The notes: generated by a model from the letters alone, not told the origin. DNA of 64,000 nucleotides from Alphaproteobacteria bacterium (GCA_021208265.1 JAJOJU010000004.1:34688-98687), one strand, 5' to 3'. Positions 9,413-22,178 are shown, numbered from the stretch's first letter. Numbers and translations: made by a program.

Positions 9413-10668
9413 TTAAAATTTATAGTTGAGCGCAGCCGCACCGATAAGCACATAGGCGTTATCTATATCCGCATTCACCCGTACGTTTCCGGCGCGTGAT
9501 TGCTTGATACGCTCTTCCTCGATATCGATATAACTGGCGCCCAGATCAAACGACAATTTGTCATTCCATTGATAGGTCAGCCCGCCGGAAAACCAATGGC
9601 GGTCGCCATCGGGGTTCAGGGCACTGCGCTCTTCAATCCGTGTCGGGGTCTGGTCGTATTGATATCCGGCCCGGAAGGTCCAGCTGTCGCTGGCTTTATA
9701 TTCCGCCCCGATACTGTATGCCCAGCTGTTCTGATAATTAAAGGTCAAGGTTGGGCCCACCGCAAAAGCAGTTTCAGGGATCACTTCCAGCGTGTCGAAA
9801 TTATTCCAGCCCACGCGGCTGACCTGCCCCAGCAGGGTCCAGCGATCACCAATATCCTGCGCGATTGCAGCCGTTGCAATATCCGGCAGCTTCAACTTTG
9901 CAGTCGCTGTGGTGTTAAGGCCCAACGAGCCTTCTTCCGTTGACTGCCGCCCACTCACATCGTGATTAATTTCAGAGCGGTAATCGAGGCCAATGCGCGT
10001 CCCTTTCAGGGGCGTCAGCATCAAGTCCAGATTATACCCCATGGTCAGATCGTCCCCCTGCAAACGCACAAGGTCTTCATTCGCCAGCTTTTGCTGGAAG
10101 TTGGCGCGCACCTGTTCAAACACAAGACTGCCGCCGATGGAGATATATTCATTGGGCCGCCAGGCGAGAGAGGGCTGGATATCAATCGTCTGCAAATCAA
10201 CTTTTGTGCTCAGGTAACGCCCGAAGAAATCGTCCTTATATTCCACGCCCAAACCAAATGGTGCCGAAAGCCCCACACCGAACCACCAGCTTTTATCCTC
10301 ATTCAACGGCATGGCAAATAAGCATTGGGCACGGGTGACAGGCTGCCGGGGTTACCGCCATCGCCATTATCGCGGCCCAGTTGGTCCAGCGTAAACCCGG
10401 AGATGGTCGTACCGGTATCTTCCATATCCACATGCGGGTAAATAAGCTCCACCCCCAGATTGACCTGACGCTGATCCAGATGAGCCATACCGGCGGGGTT
10501 AAAAAAGATGATGCTGGCATCGCGCGGCATAGCGGCCTGCCCGGCGTAAGAAGCGCCAAGACCCGAAACCGATTGTTCCTGAATATAGAACCCGGCAGCC
10601 TGCACCTGAACCAGAGGTAGAAAACAGAGAGAGGACACGAGAGCAGATACGCGAAGAAACTTGGTCAT
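9413..10668 (-). pseudogene. FadL/OmpP1/TodX-family outer-membrane hydrophobic-compound (long-chain fatty acid) channel, one frame break
   Basis: ORFs 10303-10668 and 9413-10312 join. A signal peptide is followed by AAGFYIQEQSVSGLGASYAG. The beta-barrel ends in ...AALNYKF. The break is near 10315. Confidence 0.8.
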
Positions 10669-10767
10669 GACATAGTCTCCTTAAATCTCAGGATGCTCGT
10701 GACACAACCTTACAGGGAAAATGAAGCTTCGTACAGGCGCGTTCTTTTTTGCGGCGCAAAATGAAGT

Positions 10768-11394
10768 CTACTGAATATTATTTTGAATATCTGCCGCGAT
10801 AATTTCAGCCGTATCGTTCACGCGGTATATACCAAGAACAGTTTCATCCGGCGCCAAAAAATAAATAAAACTTGAATGATCCATGGAATAATCGCTCATG
10901 CCTTCCTCTTCAACTTTGGCGGCATAGATACGATAAGCTTTTTTGACAGCTTCGATCTCTTCGACACTTCCCGTAAGGCCTGTAAAACGCGGATCAAACA
11001 ATGTCAGGTAGTCTTTTAAAACATCTGGCGTATCGCGCTCCGGGTCGACCGTAATAAATATCGGCGCCAGATTGTCCAACGCTTCCGGCTCATCCTTTTC
11101 CACCAGCTTGAGGGCACGGGTGATTTTCTGCAATTCGGTCGGGCAGATAGCTGGGCAATAGGTGAAACCAAAATAAATCAACTTGTATTTATCACTAAAA
11201 TCCGACTCGCTCACACGCGCACCATCCTGATTGCTCAAACTAAACGGCCCGCCAACCTGCACCCCGGCAATGCTGTTTGACGCTGTGCGGGTTTGCGTAA
11301 CGCCTTCCTGCTGCATCTGCCACAGCCCGATCAACCCACCGATGATCAGCCCCATAAGGCACAAAATAAACGTACGAAAAATCCGGTGTTTCAT
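10768..11394 (-). CDS. SCO1/SenC-family copper chaperone / thiol-disulfide protein
   Basis: N-terminal TM anchor. YFGFTYCPAICP (the CxxxC copper site). A downstream DHS histidine. Thioredoxin-fold length (208 aa). Confidence 0.85.
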   Translation of the reverse strand: MKHRIFRTFILCLMGLIIGGLIGLWQMQQEGVTQTRTASNSIAGVQVGGPFSLSNQDGARVSESDFSDKYKLIYFGFTYCPAICPTELQKITRALKLVEKDEPEALDNLAPIFITVDPERDTPDVLKDYLTLFDPRFTGLTGSVEEIEAVKKAYRIYAAKVEEEGMSDYSMDHSSFIYFLAPDETVLGIYRVNDTAEIIAADIQNNIQ

Positions 11395-11545
11395 GCTCTA
11401 TCTCATACAGAAATTCAGAGGACGATAAAAGCGCAAAAGTTGATATGTGTACTGAACCGGGAATTCTGAAAATATTAACTTCCTGTTAACTTTTTATGTC
11501 CTCTACTGGGTACACGTTGAGTAAACCACATACGGAGAAAAGTAT

Positions 11546-12508
11546 ATGACTGAAGTTACTGACCCTAGTATCTACACTACCCTTATTGACTCTATTCAAA
11601 ACACACCCATCCTTGAAACCATAAAAAATCTGCCCTTTATTGATGTATTAATAAGTGAAGACGCCAAGCGTTTATACACTTTCGGCCTGGGCGTAGTCGC
11701 AACATACGCCTATCAAAGGCTTAAAAATATAAAGAGCTTTAACCGTGCCGCATCGGGCCAGCGCGTTTCACCCGAGATAAAAGTATCCCTGCTACAGTGG
11801 GAAAAGGTCCAGGGCAAAGACGGCAAAGCCATCTATGATCTGCACAGTTCTACCAAGTCCATGGATTTGCGCAAAATATTGCCCGAAGAATATAAGGAAG
11901 AATTACCAAAACTGCTGATTGCCGCAGCGGAACAGGCTTCGATAGAAAGCCCCTTCCTTGTCGATCACATCGATTCGGCAGCCAAAAGTTACAGCAGCTT
12001 CTTCAAGCTTCCGGGCGCGAAAGAGGAATTTGCAAAGAAAATTCAAAACTTCATCGATGAGGAAACCAAGTACATTATCCAGGGCGAATGGGGTGGTGGA
12101 AGCGTTCTTCAGCAGGCTTATGAAGTTGGAGCGAAGGGCATGAAGGGTTTTTACGGCCTGTGGGTTCACCAAAGCTCGGATGATCTGGAAGAAATCAGAT
12201 TGCTGATATTGCCCGAAAAATACCTGCACGAACCACTTCCCTCACCTGATTTAGTCCGGGTACGCGAAGGGGCGAAAGGCGGCAATGGTTTCTATTTTGA
12301 TACCGATGGCAATCATGCGCACATCCAGCGCCTGAAAATCCTGCACATGGCAGCTGAAAGATTAAAATCCGACAGCACCTTCCGCGGCAAAGCCTGGATT
12401 TCCCTGCCTGTGAGAGACGCAGGAGAACCGTCAGCCAAAGATATCCCGCATCCGGCCTATATTGAGGCCGCTGCCACATCCCAAAAGATGGAGCCCGTTC
12501 CGACATAG
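11546..12508 (+). CDS. Hypothetical protein, 320 aa
   Basis: Long ORF. A GGAG-type RBS (acggagaaaagtat) sits just upstream of the ATG. No recognisable motif. Confidence 0.5.
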   Translation: MTEVTDPSIYTTLIDSIQNTPILETIKNLPFIDVLISEDAKRLYTFGLGVVATYAYQRLKNIKSFNRAASGQRVSPEIKVSLLQWEKVQGKDGKAIYDLHSSTKSMDLRKILPEEYKEELPKLLIAAAEQASIESPFLVDHIDSAAKSYSSFFKLPGAKEEFAKKIQNFIDEETKYIIQGEWGGGSVLQQAYEVGAKGMKGFYGLWVHQSSDDLEEIRLLILPEKYLHEPLPSPDLVRVREGAKGGNGFYFDTDGNHAHIQRLKILHMAAERLKSDSTFRGKAWISLPVRDAGEPSAKDIPHPAYIEAAATSQKMEPVPT

Positions 12509-12565
12509 GAAGCCGGATTTTTGTGTTTGCACTTGTTGGCATAAAGTTCTAATTTCGAGCCAAGT

Positions 12566-12645
12566 TAACCTTGGCGGTGCTTCGTAAGAAGCTGAGATAA
12601 GACGCCTCGAACCTGTGGGCTAATACCTGCGCAGGGAAAGGAAAG
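12566..12645 (+). promoter_or_regulatory. TPP (THI-box) riboswitch; its 3' P1 strand overlaps the Shine-Dalgarno of the ORF at 12649
   Basis: CCUUGGCGGUGC-UUCGUAAGAAG-CUGAGAUAAGACGCC-UCGAACCUGUGGGCUAAUACCUGCGCAGGGAAAGG contains the conserved GGxGUGC, CUGAGA, ACGCC (pairs with GGCG), GAACCUG, AAUACC and GCxxAGGGAA blocks in the canonical order. AAGGAAAG is the RBS, ending 5 nt before the ATG. Confidence 0.8.
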
Positions 12646-12648
12646 ACA

Positions 12649-12984
12649 ATGCCTCATATAATCGTGGAGTATACCGACCACCTGAAGGTCGGTATACCGG
12701 AACTTCTCAAAAAGCTGCACTTCACATTGGCGGATCAAGACACAGTCGCTCTGGAAGCCATTAAAACCAGAGCGATCCCTGTGCATGATGTTGTGATCGC
12801 CGATGGCAACGCGGGCGATAAAATGATTCATGTCACCCTTAAACTTCTGCCGGGCCGCAGTGATGAACTCAAAAAAACTATGGCGCAGGCCTTGTGGCAA
12901 ATAACACGTGATCACGTGGACGATAATACGATCATGCTAACCGCCGAAGTCACAGAGCTGCACGCCGCCAGCTACACGAAATAA
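12649..12984 (+). CDS. Tautomerase-superfamily protein, 5-carboxymethyl-2-hydroxymuconate isomerase (CHMI)-like
   Basis: 111 aa starting MPHIIVEY (catalytic Pro-1 after Met removal). IHVTLKLLPGRS parallels the VHMTLKIGAGRS of HpcD-type CHMI as I recall it. First gene downstream of the TPP riboswitch. Confidence 0.7.
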   Translation: MPHIIVEYTDHLKVGIPELLKKLHFTLADQDTVALEAIKTRAIPVHDVVIADGNAGDKMIHVTLKLLPGRSDELKKTMAQALWQITRDHVDDNTIMLTAEVTELHAASYTK

Positions 12985-13007
12985 ATTCGACCTGAAAGCA
13001 CAAAACC

Positions 13008-13412
13008 ATGAAAAAACTAGCCTGCCTTCTCTCTCTACTCCTCATCTGCGCTTGCGGCCCGATTTATGATACCCAGTATCGCTATGAAACACCGCCCACG
13101 GCTGAAGGAAAAATCTGCGCCAGCAGTTGTATCGACAAGCTGAATACATGCTCGGCCAACTGTAAAACCGAAGAAGCCAATTGCCGCCACATAAAAAGCC
13201 TGGAAGCTAAAAACGCCTATCTGGAATACGTGAATGAGCGTCAGAGAAAAGGCGAAAAAGTGAAAAAGAGCCAGAGCGATTTTGAATATTACGGCTCCTG
13301 CAGCAATAGCTGCCAAGATGATTGCGAAAACGTTCATCGCATCTGTCATTCAACCTGCGGCGGGAATGTGGTGGAACACCGCACCTGCACAGCATTTTGT
13401 AATCAACAATAA
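13008..13412 (+). CDS. Cys-rich lipoprotein (16 Cys in 134 aa), unknown function
   Basis: Lipobox LLICAC after a hydrophobic signal. Cys residues are spaced through the mature part. The gene sits 23 nt after the CHMI-like gene and 15 nt before thiC. Confidence 0.55.
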   Translation: MKKLACLLSLLLICACGPIYDTQYRYETPPTAEGKICASSCIDKLNTCSANCKTEEANCRHIKSLEAKNAYLEYVNERQRKGEKVKKSQSDFEYYGSCSNSCQDDCENVHRICHSTCGGNVVEHRTCTAFCNQQ

Positions 13413-13427
13413 ACCGGGAGAGTAACC

Positions 13428-15211
<1,784 letters not shown>

Positions 15212-15366
15212 ATGCAAAGCTTTTGGTCAAATGCGAAAGAGTATTTTAAGCAATTTCTTATAATACTTTTTTCATGTATTTTTACGCTATGGGCGACTTT
15301 TTTTAATCGCTCCATTCGTTTTTTTCTGAGGATGCAATAAGGCTAAATCAAATTGGCCCCTACTTT

Positions 15367-15924
15367 TTGAGTATGTCTTTAATAAGCCTGATATATGCAG
15401 TGGCTTTTATTTTGCCTATTTCGTTTGGGTTTTCGATTCTATCATTCGGCCTTACAAGATTCTTATTCTTTACTAAGCTTAAGAAAGTACTTCGATTTAT
15501 AGGTCCAGCGCTTCTTGGTCTGGTTCTTTTATATTTTCTATGTGGGTTTATATACTCACAGATTTATGCAGTAGTTGTACCCGCTAGTCCGATCAGCGAT
15601 TTATATAAAGTTCAATGGAAATCCAGAGAGATCAGTAAAGAAAAATCGACAAATATTTGCGGCGAAATAGAAAAAGGCTGGGATGGAAACCTGAAGAATT
15701 TTGAAGAAGCGAAGAATTTTTTGGATGGCTTCGTCAGCAAATGGGATTTAAATTTTAAAAGAGAATATCCTCGAAAAAATGGGTACATAACTTATTATTT
15801 TAGACCCCCAAATACTAAAAGCAATCTGGATCAAATCAAAAATGATTTGGATAAGGAATTCAAAAATAGTGGGATTGGCTCATCCTTCATTGGCTTGATC
15901 AAGAATGGTATAAGAAATGGTTGA
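15367..15924 (+). CDS. Hypothetical membrane protein (hydrophobic N-terminal region, probably 2-3 TM segments, plus a K/N-rich soluble domain) in the AT-rich islet
   Basis: 185-aa ORF. It is AT-rich and unlike the flanking genes. No recognisable motif. Confidence 0.4.
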   Translation: MSMSLISLIYAVAFILPISFGFSILSFGLTRFLFFTKLKKVLRFIGPALLGLVLLYFLCGFIYSQIYAVVVPASPISDLYKVQWKSREISKEKSTNICGEIEKGWDGNLKNFEEAKNFLDGFVSKWDLNFKREYPRKNGYITYYFRPPNTKSNLDQIKNDLDKEFKNSGIGSSFIGLIKNGIRNG

Positions 15925-16298
15925 TTGAGAACCCCGACCACTCAACTTTGATAAATCATATAGAAATACAAGAGCCTTTTGTGAAAGTGGCTTTTGAGAC
16001 CACATATCCAACTTTTGACAAATTTATTAAGGGGGAAATTTATTCACAGCCTCCCGAGTATGTCATAAAGGCGGCGCAATCTGCTGGACTGATTTTTGAT
16101 AAGGCTGAGGCTATGCAGCATTTAAATTTTTTATATTCAAAAGAGTTAGGATTTACCGCTTTTAATGCAAATCTTCAGCTTTGGGGTGTGCCCAATCAAA
16201 GCGATAATGAGAAGAAAAAAGTGATTTTGGATAAAGCTGAATGTAGCTTTGGCCAAGGTTGGTTTGGCAGAACTTTTACAATAAGAATCGATTTTTAA
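15921..16298 (+). CDS. Hypothetical protein, 125 aa, in the AT-rich islet
   Basis: ORF with a TTG start overlapping the stop of the preceding ORF by 4 nt. No recognisable motif. Confidence 0.35.
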   Translation: MIENPDHSTLINHIEIQEPFVKVAFETTYPTFDKFIKGEIYSQPPEYVIKAAQSAGLIFDKAEAMQHLNFLYSKELGFTAFNANLQLWGVPNQSDNEKKKVILDKAECSFGQGWFGRTFTIRIDF

Positions 16299-16346
16299 AA
16301 GGCCCACCATGCACGTAATCGTATTCATCAAAGCCACGGAAATTAA

Positions 16347-16694
16347 ATGACCACCCTTCCCCCCTGCCCGAAATGTTCCTCGCCTTACGTCTATGAAGAC
16401 GGCCCCCTCCTCATCTGCCCGGAATGCGCGCATGAGTGGAACCCGGAAAACGCAGGCGGTGAGGAAACGGCCCCTGTGATTAAAGATGCCGTCGGCAATA
16501 TACTGGCGGATGGCGATAGCGTTACCGTGATGAAAGACCTTAAATATCGCGGCGGGGTGGTGAAATTGGGCACGAAGGTGAAATCCATCCGGCTTGTTCC
16601 CGGTGCCTCGGACGGGCATGATATTGACTGCAAAATCCCGGGCGTTGGCCAGATGGGCCTCAAATCCGAATTCGTTAAAAAGATTACGGATTAG
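16347..16694 (+). CDS. yjdM: PhnA/YjdM zinc-ribbon protein
   Basis: N-terminus [13 protein letters not shown]...CPECAHEW. C-terminal domain [23 protein letters not shown]...[20 protein letters not shown] is typical of PhnA/YjdM. Confidence 0.85.
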   Translation: MTTLPPCPKCSSPYVYEDGPLLICPECAHEWNPENAGGEETAPVIKDAVGNILADGDSVTVMKDLKYRGGVVKLGTKVKSIRLVPGASDGHDIDCKIPGVGQMGLKSEFVKKITD

Positions 16695-17511
16695 GGTCCG
16701 GCTCATCCGCCCCCACGACATTAATAATCTCGCCCGTATCCTGCGCGCGCGGGGCGTTGAGATCGGCCTCATCCGCATCCGCCTTTGTTAGCGTTAAATG
16801 CGGGTCGATCAGCGGCACGGCATAGCTGTGGGTTTCGGCGTAATCCTTGAACACCGCGCCGGTATCAATAAAGAAACAATTGCCGCGCTGGCGAATTTGA
16901 TCACCCGCCGTATGCCCCATAAACACGCGGGTAATGCCGGGTACGCCGCTTTGGTCGTTATCCAGCACCCGCCTGCGGCTCCAGATCGCCTGATAAAGCG
17001 TATCCGGGTCGCCGTCATTGACCTTCTGCACGAATTCCTGCCACGACAGGCCCTCCGGCACATCAGCATGGACGATACCCACAACGCCGCTATCGGTTTC
17101 CAGCTCGATCAACACGGGTAAATCCTCGAACACCTGACGGATTTTCATGGCCTGATCATGCTTCAGTTTCCCCAGCCAGTTCAAACTGCGCGAATTGAAA
17201 TACTGGTAAAATTGTGGGAAGCCGAATTTGTAGAAATTATCGTTTGAACCCAGCATATGCATGACGACATCATCATGATTACCGCGCACGGAATACACGT
17301 AAGGACGTTGCAGGAAGTCATAGACCTCGTGCGATTCCGGGCCGCGGTCAACCAGATCCCCCACCACGATCAACCGGTCCTTGGTTTCATCGAACTGCGC
17401 GATTGCCAGCGCGCGGTCGACCAGGAAGAAACATCCGTGAATATCACCCACAACGAAATCGCGGCCTTCGGTATTTTTGGATAAACGCAATACCCGGTTT
17501 TTATGGCTCAT
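16684..17511 (-). CDS. Metallophosphoesterase, PPP-family Ser/Thr phosphatase (PrpA/lambda-phosphatase or ApaH-like)
   Basis: Motifs [16 protein letters not shown] and VRGNHD in canonical order. Its 3' end overlaps the convergent yjdM by 11 nt. Confidence 0.8.
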   Translation of the reverse strand: MSHKNRVLRLSKNTEGRDFVVGDIHGCFFLVDRALAIAQFDETKDRLIVVGDLVDRGPESHEVYDFLQRPYVYSVRGNHDDVVMHMLGSNDNFYKFGFPQFYQYFNSRSLNWLGKLKHDQAMKIRQVFEDLPVLIELETDSGVVGIVHADVPEGLSWQEFVQKVNDGDPDTLYQAIWSRRRVLDNDQSGVPGITRVFMGHTAGDQIRQRGNCFFIDTGAVFKDYAETHSYAVPLIDPHLTLTKADADEADLNAPRAQDTGEIINVVGADEPDPNP

Positions 17512-17631
17512 AGCCTGATCCTCCCCTTTTATAAAACCTCACACAGTTACGAATGGTAGGTGATTCCCACAACACTGACTAGGGTGAGATCGGGGATTGA
17601 TTTCGGCAGGGCAGAGTGAGAGGATCAGCCC

Positions 17632-17877
17632 ATGAAATGCCTGATGATTTTTACTGTTCTGCTCCTTGCATCCTGCGCCAATTTTAAGGGCCCGTCACAA
17701 AGCCCCGCGAAGATGAGCGCCGATACGCTGTGTTACCGCGCGGCCTACGCCAAAAACAACGAAGCCATTCATGATGAGATCGCGGCGCGGCGCCTTAATT
17801 GCCGCAAGCTTTTGGATCAGCAGGGCGCCATTGGCTCCGGCCCCGTAGGCGGCCCTGTGGCAGGCCCGTCATATTAG
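17632..17877 (+). CDS. Small lipoprotein, 81 aa
   Basis: Signal peptide with lipobox LLASC. GAGGA RBS upstream. Confidence 0.5.
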   Translation: MKCLMIFTVLLLASCANFKGPSQSPAKMSADTLCYRAAYAKNNEAIHDEIAARRLNCRKLLDQQGAIGSGPVGGPVAGPSY

Positions 17878-17879
17878 GC

Positions 17880-19119
17880 TCAGGTTTCCACCCGTAATTT
17901 CCGGAAATGAGGGGAAAGCGCTGCCACCAGCCCGACAACAATCAACGTACCCATCCCGCCCATAACGATGGAAGGAACAAGGCCAAACGCCGCTGCTGCC
18001 ATACCGCTTTCAAATGCACCGATTTCATTCGATGAAATAATGAACATGCTGTTTACCGCCGAGACACGGCCTTTCATATTATCCGGCGTCAGAATCTGCA
18101 TCAGCGTACCGCGGATTACAACGCTGACGCTATCAAATGCCCCCGCCAGAATAAGAAACACGAGCGCCGAAGCAAAGCTGGTCGAAAGACCAAAACCAAT
18201 CATAGCCACGCCAAAACCGCCCACCACAATTAACATCCGCCTTGCGGTAATAACACGCATGGGCCGGAGCGCGAAGAAGAGCGCTGTTAGCACAGCTCCC
18301 AGCGCGGGGGCAGAACGTAAGATACCAAGCCCTTCCGCGCCCAACCCCAGAACCTCATGCGCAAACGCGGGCAGAATGGCAATCGCCCCGCCAAACAAAA
18401 CAGCCAGCATATCAAGGCTCATCAATGATAACAGCGCACGGTTACCCAGCAGGAAACGCCAGCCTTCCACAATGCTTTTCGCGGCAGATGGCCGCGTTCC
18501 TGCATCGGTCTTTACGCGTTCCGGCACGTTAATCCGGGTACACAAAGCCAGCCCTATCATCATAATCGAAAGTGGAAAAAGCCAAGCCCCATGCGCGCCG
18601 TACCCACCGTAAATCAGCCCGCCCAAAGCCGGCCCGCCAATCAGCGCCATTTGCATGGTTGTCCCCTGCCAGGCGGCAGCGGCGGAAAATTCGGAGCGTC
18701 CCACAATCATCGGCAATAACGAAAACGCCGCCGGCATGATAAAGCTGCGCGCGAAGCCGGAAACAGCAATGCCGATATAAAGGGCTGCTAATATAAACTG
18801 GTCACTGGTTTGAATATACTGCCCGGCAATTACCAGCAATATCAGGGCGTTTAAGGTCAGTGTCGCGATGGCAGCGCGGTAGATTTTCTGCGGGGAATAC
18901 GTATCAACAAAATGTCCGGACACAAGGGCGCATAACAAGGCGGGAACCGCTTCCGCCAACCCCACAAGCCCCAGCATCAAGGGGCTATGGGTCAGCTCAT
19001 AAACCTGCCAGCCCACAACAACCGCCTGCGCCTGCATGGCGGACATCACACAAAGCCGTGTCGAAAATCAGGAAACGGAAGTTGTTATTGCGAAGAATGG
19101 CAAAGGAGAGAGCAGACAT
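17880..19119 (-). pseudogene. MFS transporter, frame break near the 5' end
   Basis: The 389-aa ORF has roughly 11-12 hydrophobic spans. The true N-terminus MSALSFAILRNNNFRFLIFDTAL starts at 19119 in another frame and joins near 19050. Confidence 0.75.
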
Positions 19120-19171
19120 GATCTTTTCGCATCTATGCGCCTGCGCCCCCATCTCTGTCAAGACAACTAAT

Positions 19172-19606
19172 TTATGCTGCCGCTTTCAGGGCTGTGCCGT
19201 TTGCCTGCAGGCTTACATCCACATTGCCGCGCGTGGCTTTGGAATAAGGACAAATTTGATGTGCCGCTTCCACCAGCTTTTCGGCATCAGCTTGATCAGC
19301 GCCAGGAATGGTCGCATTCAGCGTGACGGAAATGAAAAAGCCCTTCGCATCGTCCTTGTGCAACTGGACAGTGGCTTCCACTTCCACCGCATTCGGGTCG
19401 ATTGATACTTTGTGCTGACCCGCCATCGCCTTAATCGCCTGCCCAAAACAGGCAGAATAACCGGCAGCGAACAGCTGCTCCGGGTTTGTGCCGGGACCGT
19501 TTGATCCGGGCGGGGAAAGTTTAAGATTGATTTTACCGTCTTTCGAGCTGGCGGTACCTTCGCGGCCTGCCGTGGCAGAAGCTTGTTCGGTTGCGAGAAT
19601 AGTCAT
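19172..19606 (-). CDS. ohr: Organic hydroperoxide resistance protein Ohr (OsmC/Ohr family)
   Basis: GTNPEQLFAAGYSACF and ICPYSKATRGN carry the two conserved Ohr cysteines. The start is set at the internal Met (MTILAT), which has an AAGGA RBS. Confidence 0.85.
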   Translation of the reverse strand: MTILATEQASATAGREGTASSKDGKINLKLSPPGSNGPGTNPEQLFAAGYSACFGQAIKAMAGQHKVSIDPNAVEVEATVQLHKDDAKGFFISVTLNATIPGADQADAEKLVEAAHQICPYSKATRGNVDVSLQANGTALKAAA

Positions 19607-19745
19607 GGAGTAAGTTCCTTCATGGTTGATATGGTCATCCAAAATTAAGCCAGACGCGGTGAAAAAGCCACCAATCAATTACGCCTAGGCTCACCTTGAA
19701 AAATGACGTAGAATTCTAAATCATAAAGAAAAGGAGTTCCCTTTC

Positions 19746-22164
19746 ATGCCTGCCGCCAAGCCTTCGAAATCCAAAGCGTCCCCGATCAAAAAAAATTGCC
19801 GTGATCGGCTCCGGCGTTATGGGCTCAGGCATTGCAGCACAAGTGGCCAATGCCGGCATTCCCGTTGTGCTTTTAGATATAAAGGTGGAAGGCAAAAATC
19901 TGCCGGCTGACGCCGTTGCCCGCATGTTAAAGACAGACCCCGCGCCCTTCATGAGCAAGGAGAATGCCAAGCTGATAACAACCGGCAATCTGGATGATGA
20001 TCTTAAACTCATCAAGGATTGCGACTGGATTATCGAAGTAGTGCTGGAAGATTTAAAAGTTAAACACGCCACTTACGAAAAGCTGAACAAGGTCCGTAAA
20101 AAAAGGCTCGATCATATCCTCCAATACATCCACCATTCCGCTGGAACATCTGGTCAAGGGTCAGGGTAAGGATTTCGAAGCCGATTTCCTGATCACGCAT
20201 TTCTTCAACCCGCCGCGTTATATGCGCCTGCTGGAACTGGTGGTAGGCAAAAAAACGCGGCCCGATGCCGTTCAGGCCGTGCGTGAATTTTGCGATATCA
20301 ATCTTGGTAAAGGCGTTGTGAAATGCCACGACACGCCGGGCTTCATCGCCAACCGTCTGGGGGTTTACTGGCTGACGGCGGGAGTGAACGAAGCCATTAA
20401 ACAAGGTGTATCCGTAGAGCTTGCTGATGCCGTCATGAGCCGCCCGGTTGGTATTCCTAAAACAGGCGTGTTCGGGCTTATCGATCTTGTCGGCATTGAT
20501 TTGATGCCCAAGCTGGCGGACTCACTTCTTTCCACACTCCCCAAAAACGATCCGTATCGAAAATTATTTGTTGATCACCCTTTCATCCACGGCATGATCA
20601 AGGATGGCTACACGGGCCGCAAGGGCAAGGGCGGGTTTTACCGTTTGAACCCGGACAGCAAAGCAAAAGAAAAACAATCACTCACCATCAACGCCAAAAA
20701 ATTTGATGAAAGCCAGTATGCTAAATCTGAAAAAGCATCCGGCTTGGAATCACTCTCGGCACGCGGCCTCAAAAATGTTTTGACCGCGGATGATGAGGGC
20801 GGCAGATACGCCTGGGAAGTCTTGAATCAGACCCTTCAATATGCCGCCAGCCTTGTCGATGAAATTGCTGAAACGGTTTACGATATCGATGAAGGCATGA
20901 AGCTCGGCTATAATTGGAAATCCGGCCCGTTTGAGATGATAGACGCGCTGGGCCCGGAATGGTTTGCGGGTGAGCTTAAAAAAGCCGGGATGGATGTCCC
21001 TAAAATCCTGAAAGATGTCGGCTCAGGCACGTTCTACAAAATTGAAAACGGCGCGCTGCAGTATTTCGGTACGGATAAAAAATATCATAAAGTGGCACGC
21101 CCAGATGGCGTTCTGCTGCTATCCGATATCAAACTCGCATCGAAACCTGTTCTGAAAAACGGCTCAGCAAGTGTGTGGGACATCGGCGATGGCGTCCTGT
21201 GTTTTGAACACACATCAAAAATGAATACCTTTGATGATGGCACGTTCGAAATGCTGGGCAAGGTAAAAGCGTTTATTGAAGGCAACGATCAATATAACGC
21301 GCTGGTTGTTTATAACGAAGCCTCGAATTTCTCCGCCGGGGCTAATCTCGGCCTTGCCATTTTCATGATCAACATCGCGATGTGGCCGCAGGTGGAACAA
21401 TTCATCGCGGGTGGGCAGAAGATGTTTATGGATCTCAAATACGCGCCCTTCCCCGTGGTTAGCGCCCCATCCGGCCTCGCGCTTGGCGGCGGCTGCGAAA
21501 TCCTGCTGGCGAGTGACGCCGTGCAAGCCCATGCCGAAACTATACCGGCCTCGTCGAAGTCGGCGTTGGCCTCATACCCGGTTGGGGCGGCTGCAAGGAA
21601 ATGATCCTGAGATTCCAGGAAAAGGAAAAAGAAAAATTCGCCGCCGATATGGCAAAAATCGGCAAAAAGAATATCTGGATTTCACCTGACACCACCCCCA
21701 TGGGCGCAGTGCGTAAAGCCTTTGAAGTGATCGGCACAGCCACCGTTGCCAAGAGCGCCTTTGAAGCCAAGGAAATCGGCTATTTCCGCGAAAGTGACGG
21801 CATTACCATGAACCGCGACCGCCTGTTGTTTGACGCAAAGAAGCGCGCACTAGCGCTGGCGAAGGACTATCAGCCCCCGTTAAAACGCGAAGATATCCGT
21901 TTGCCTGGCCCCACAGGCAAGCTGGCCTTGGATATGGCGGTCAAAGACCTTCAGAAATCAGGCAAGGCCACACCTTATGACGGGGTGGTATGCGAAGTAC
22001 TGGCAACGGTGCTGTCCGGCGGCAAGCATGACTACACGGAAAAGCTGACGGAAGATGCCATTTTGAAGCTTGAAGTCTCCGAGTTCTCGAAACTGCTGCG
22101 CAATGAGGGCACGATGGCCCGGATTGAGCATATGCTGGAAAACGGCAAACCGTTGAGGAACTAA
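19746..22164 (+). pseudogene. Bifunctional 3-hydroxyacyl-CoA dehydrogenase / enoyl-CoA hydratase, FadN-type domain order (dehydrogenase N-terminal), three frame breaks
   Basis: MPAAKPSKSKASPIKKIAVIGSGVMGSGIA (Rossmann fold) is restored by reading the A8 run 19788-19795 as A7. KVRKKGSIISSNTSTIPLEHL and FFNPPRYMRLLEL are restored at the A7 run 20098-20104. The crotonase part has ASNFSAGANLG. A third break near 21541 restores ETYTGLVEVGVGLIPGWGG. Confidence 0.85.
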
Positions 22165-22178
22165 ACGGCAGCTTTAAA

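Noticed and set aside
12565-12915. 116-aa minus-strand ORF
   Set aside because: It is antisense to the TPP riboswitch and to the CHMI-like gene, both of which have strong independent support.
16146-16778. 210-aa minus-strand ORF
   Set aside because: It is antisense to yjdM/phnA, which has unmistakable zinc-ribbon and C-terminal domain motifs, and it crosses two gene boundaries.
17515-17628. 9-bp inverted repeat CTGATCCTC / GAGGATCAG flanking the whole intergenic region between the phosphatase and lipoprotein genes
   Set aside because: Each arm is simply the GAGGA Shine-Dalgarno region of one of the two divergent genes. No structural role need be invoked.
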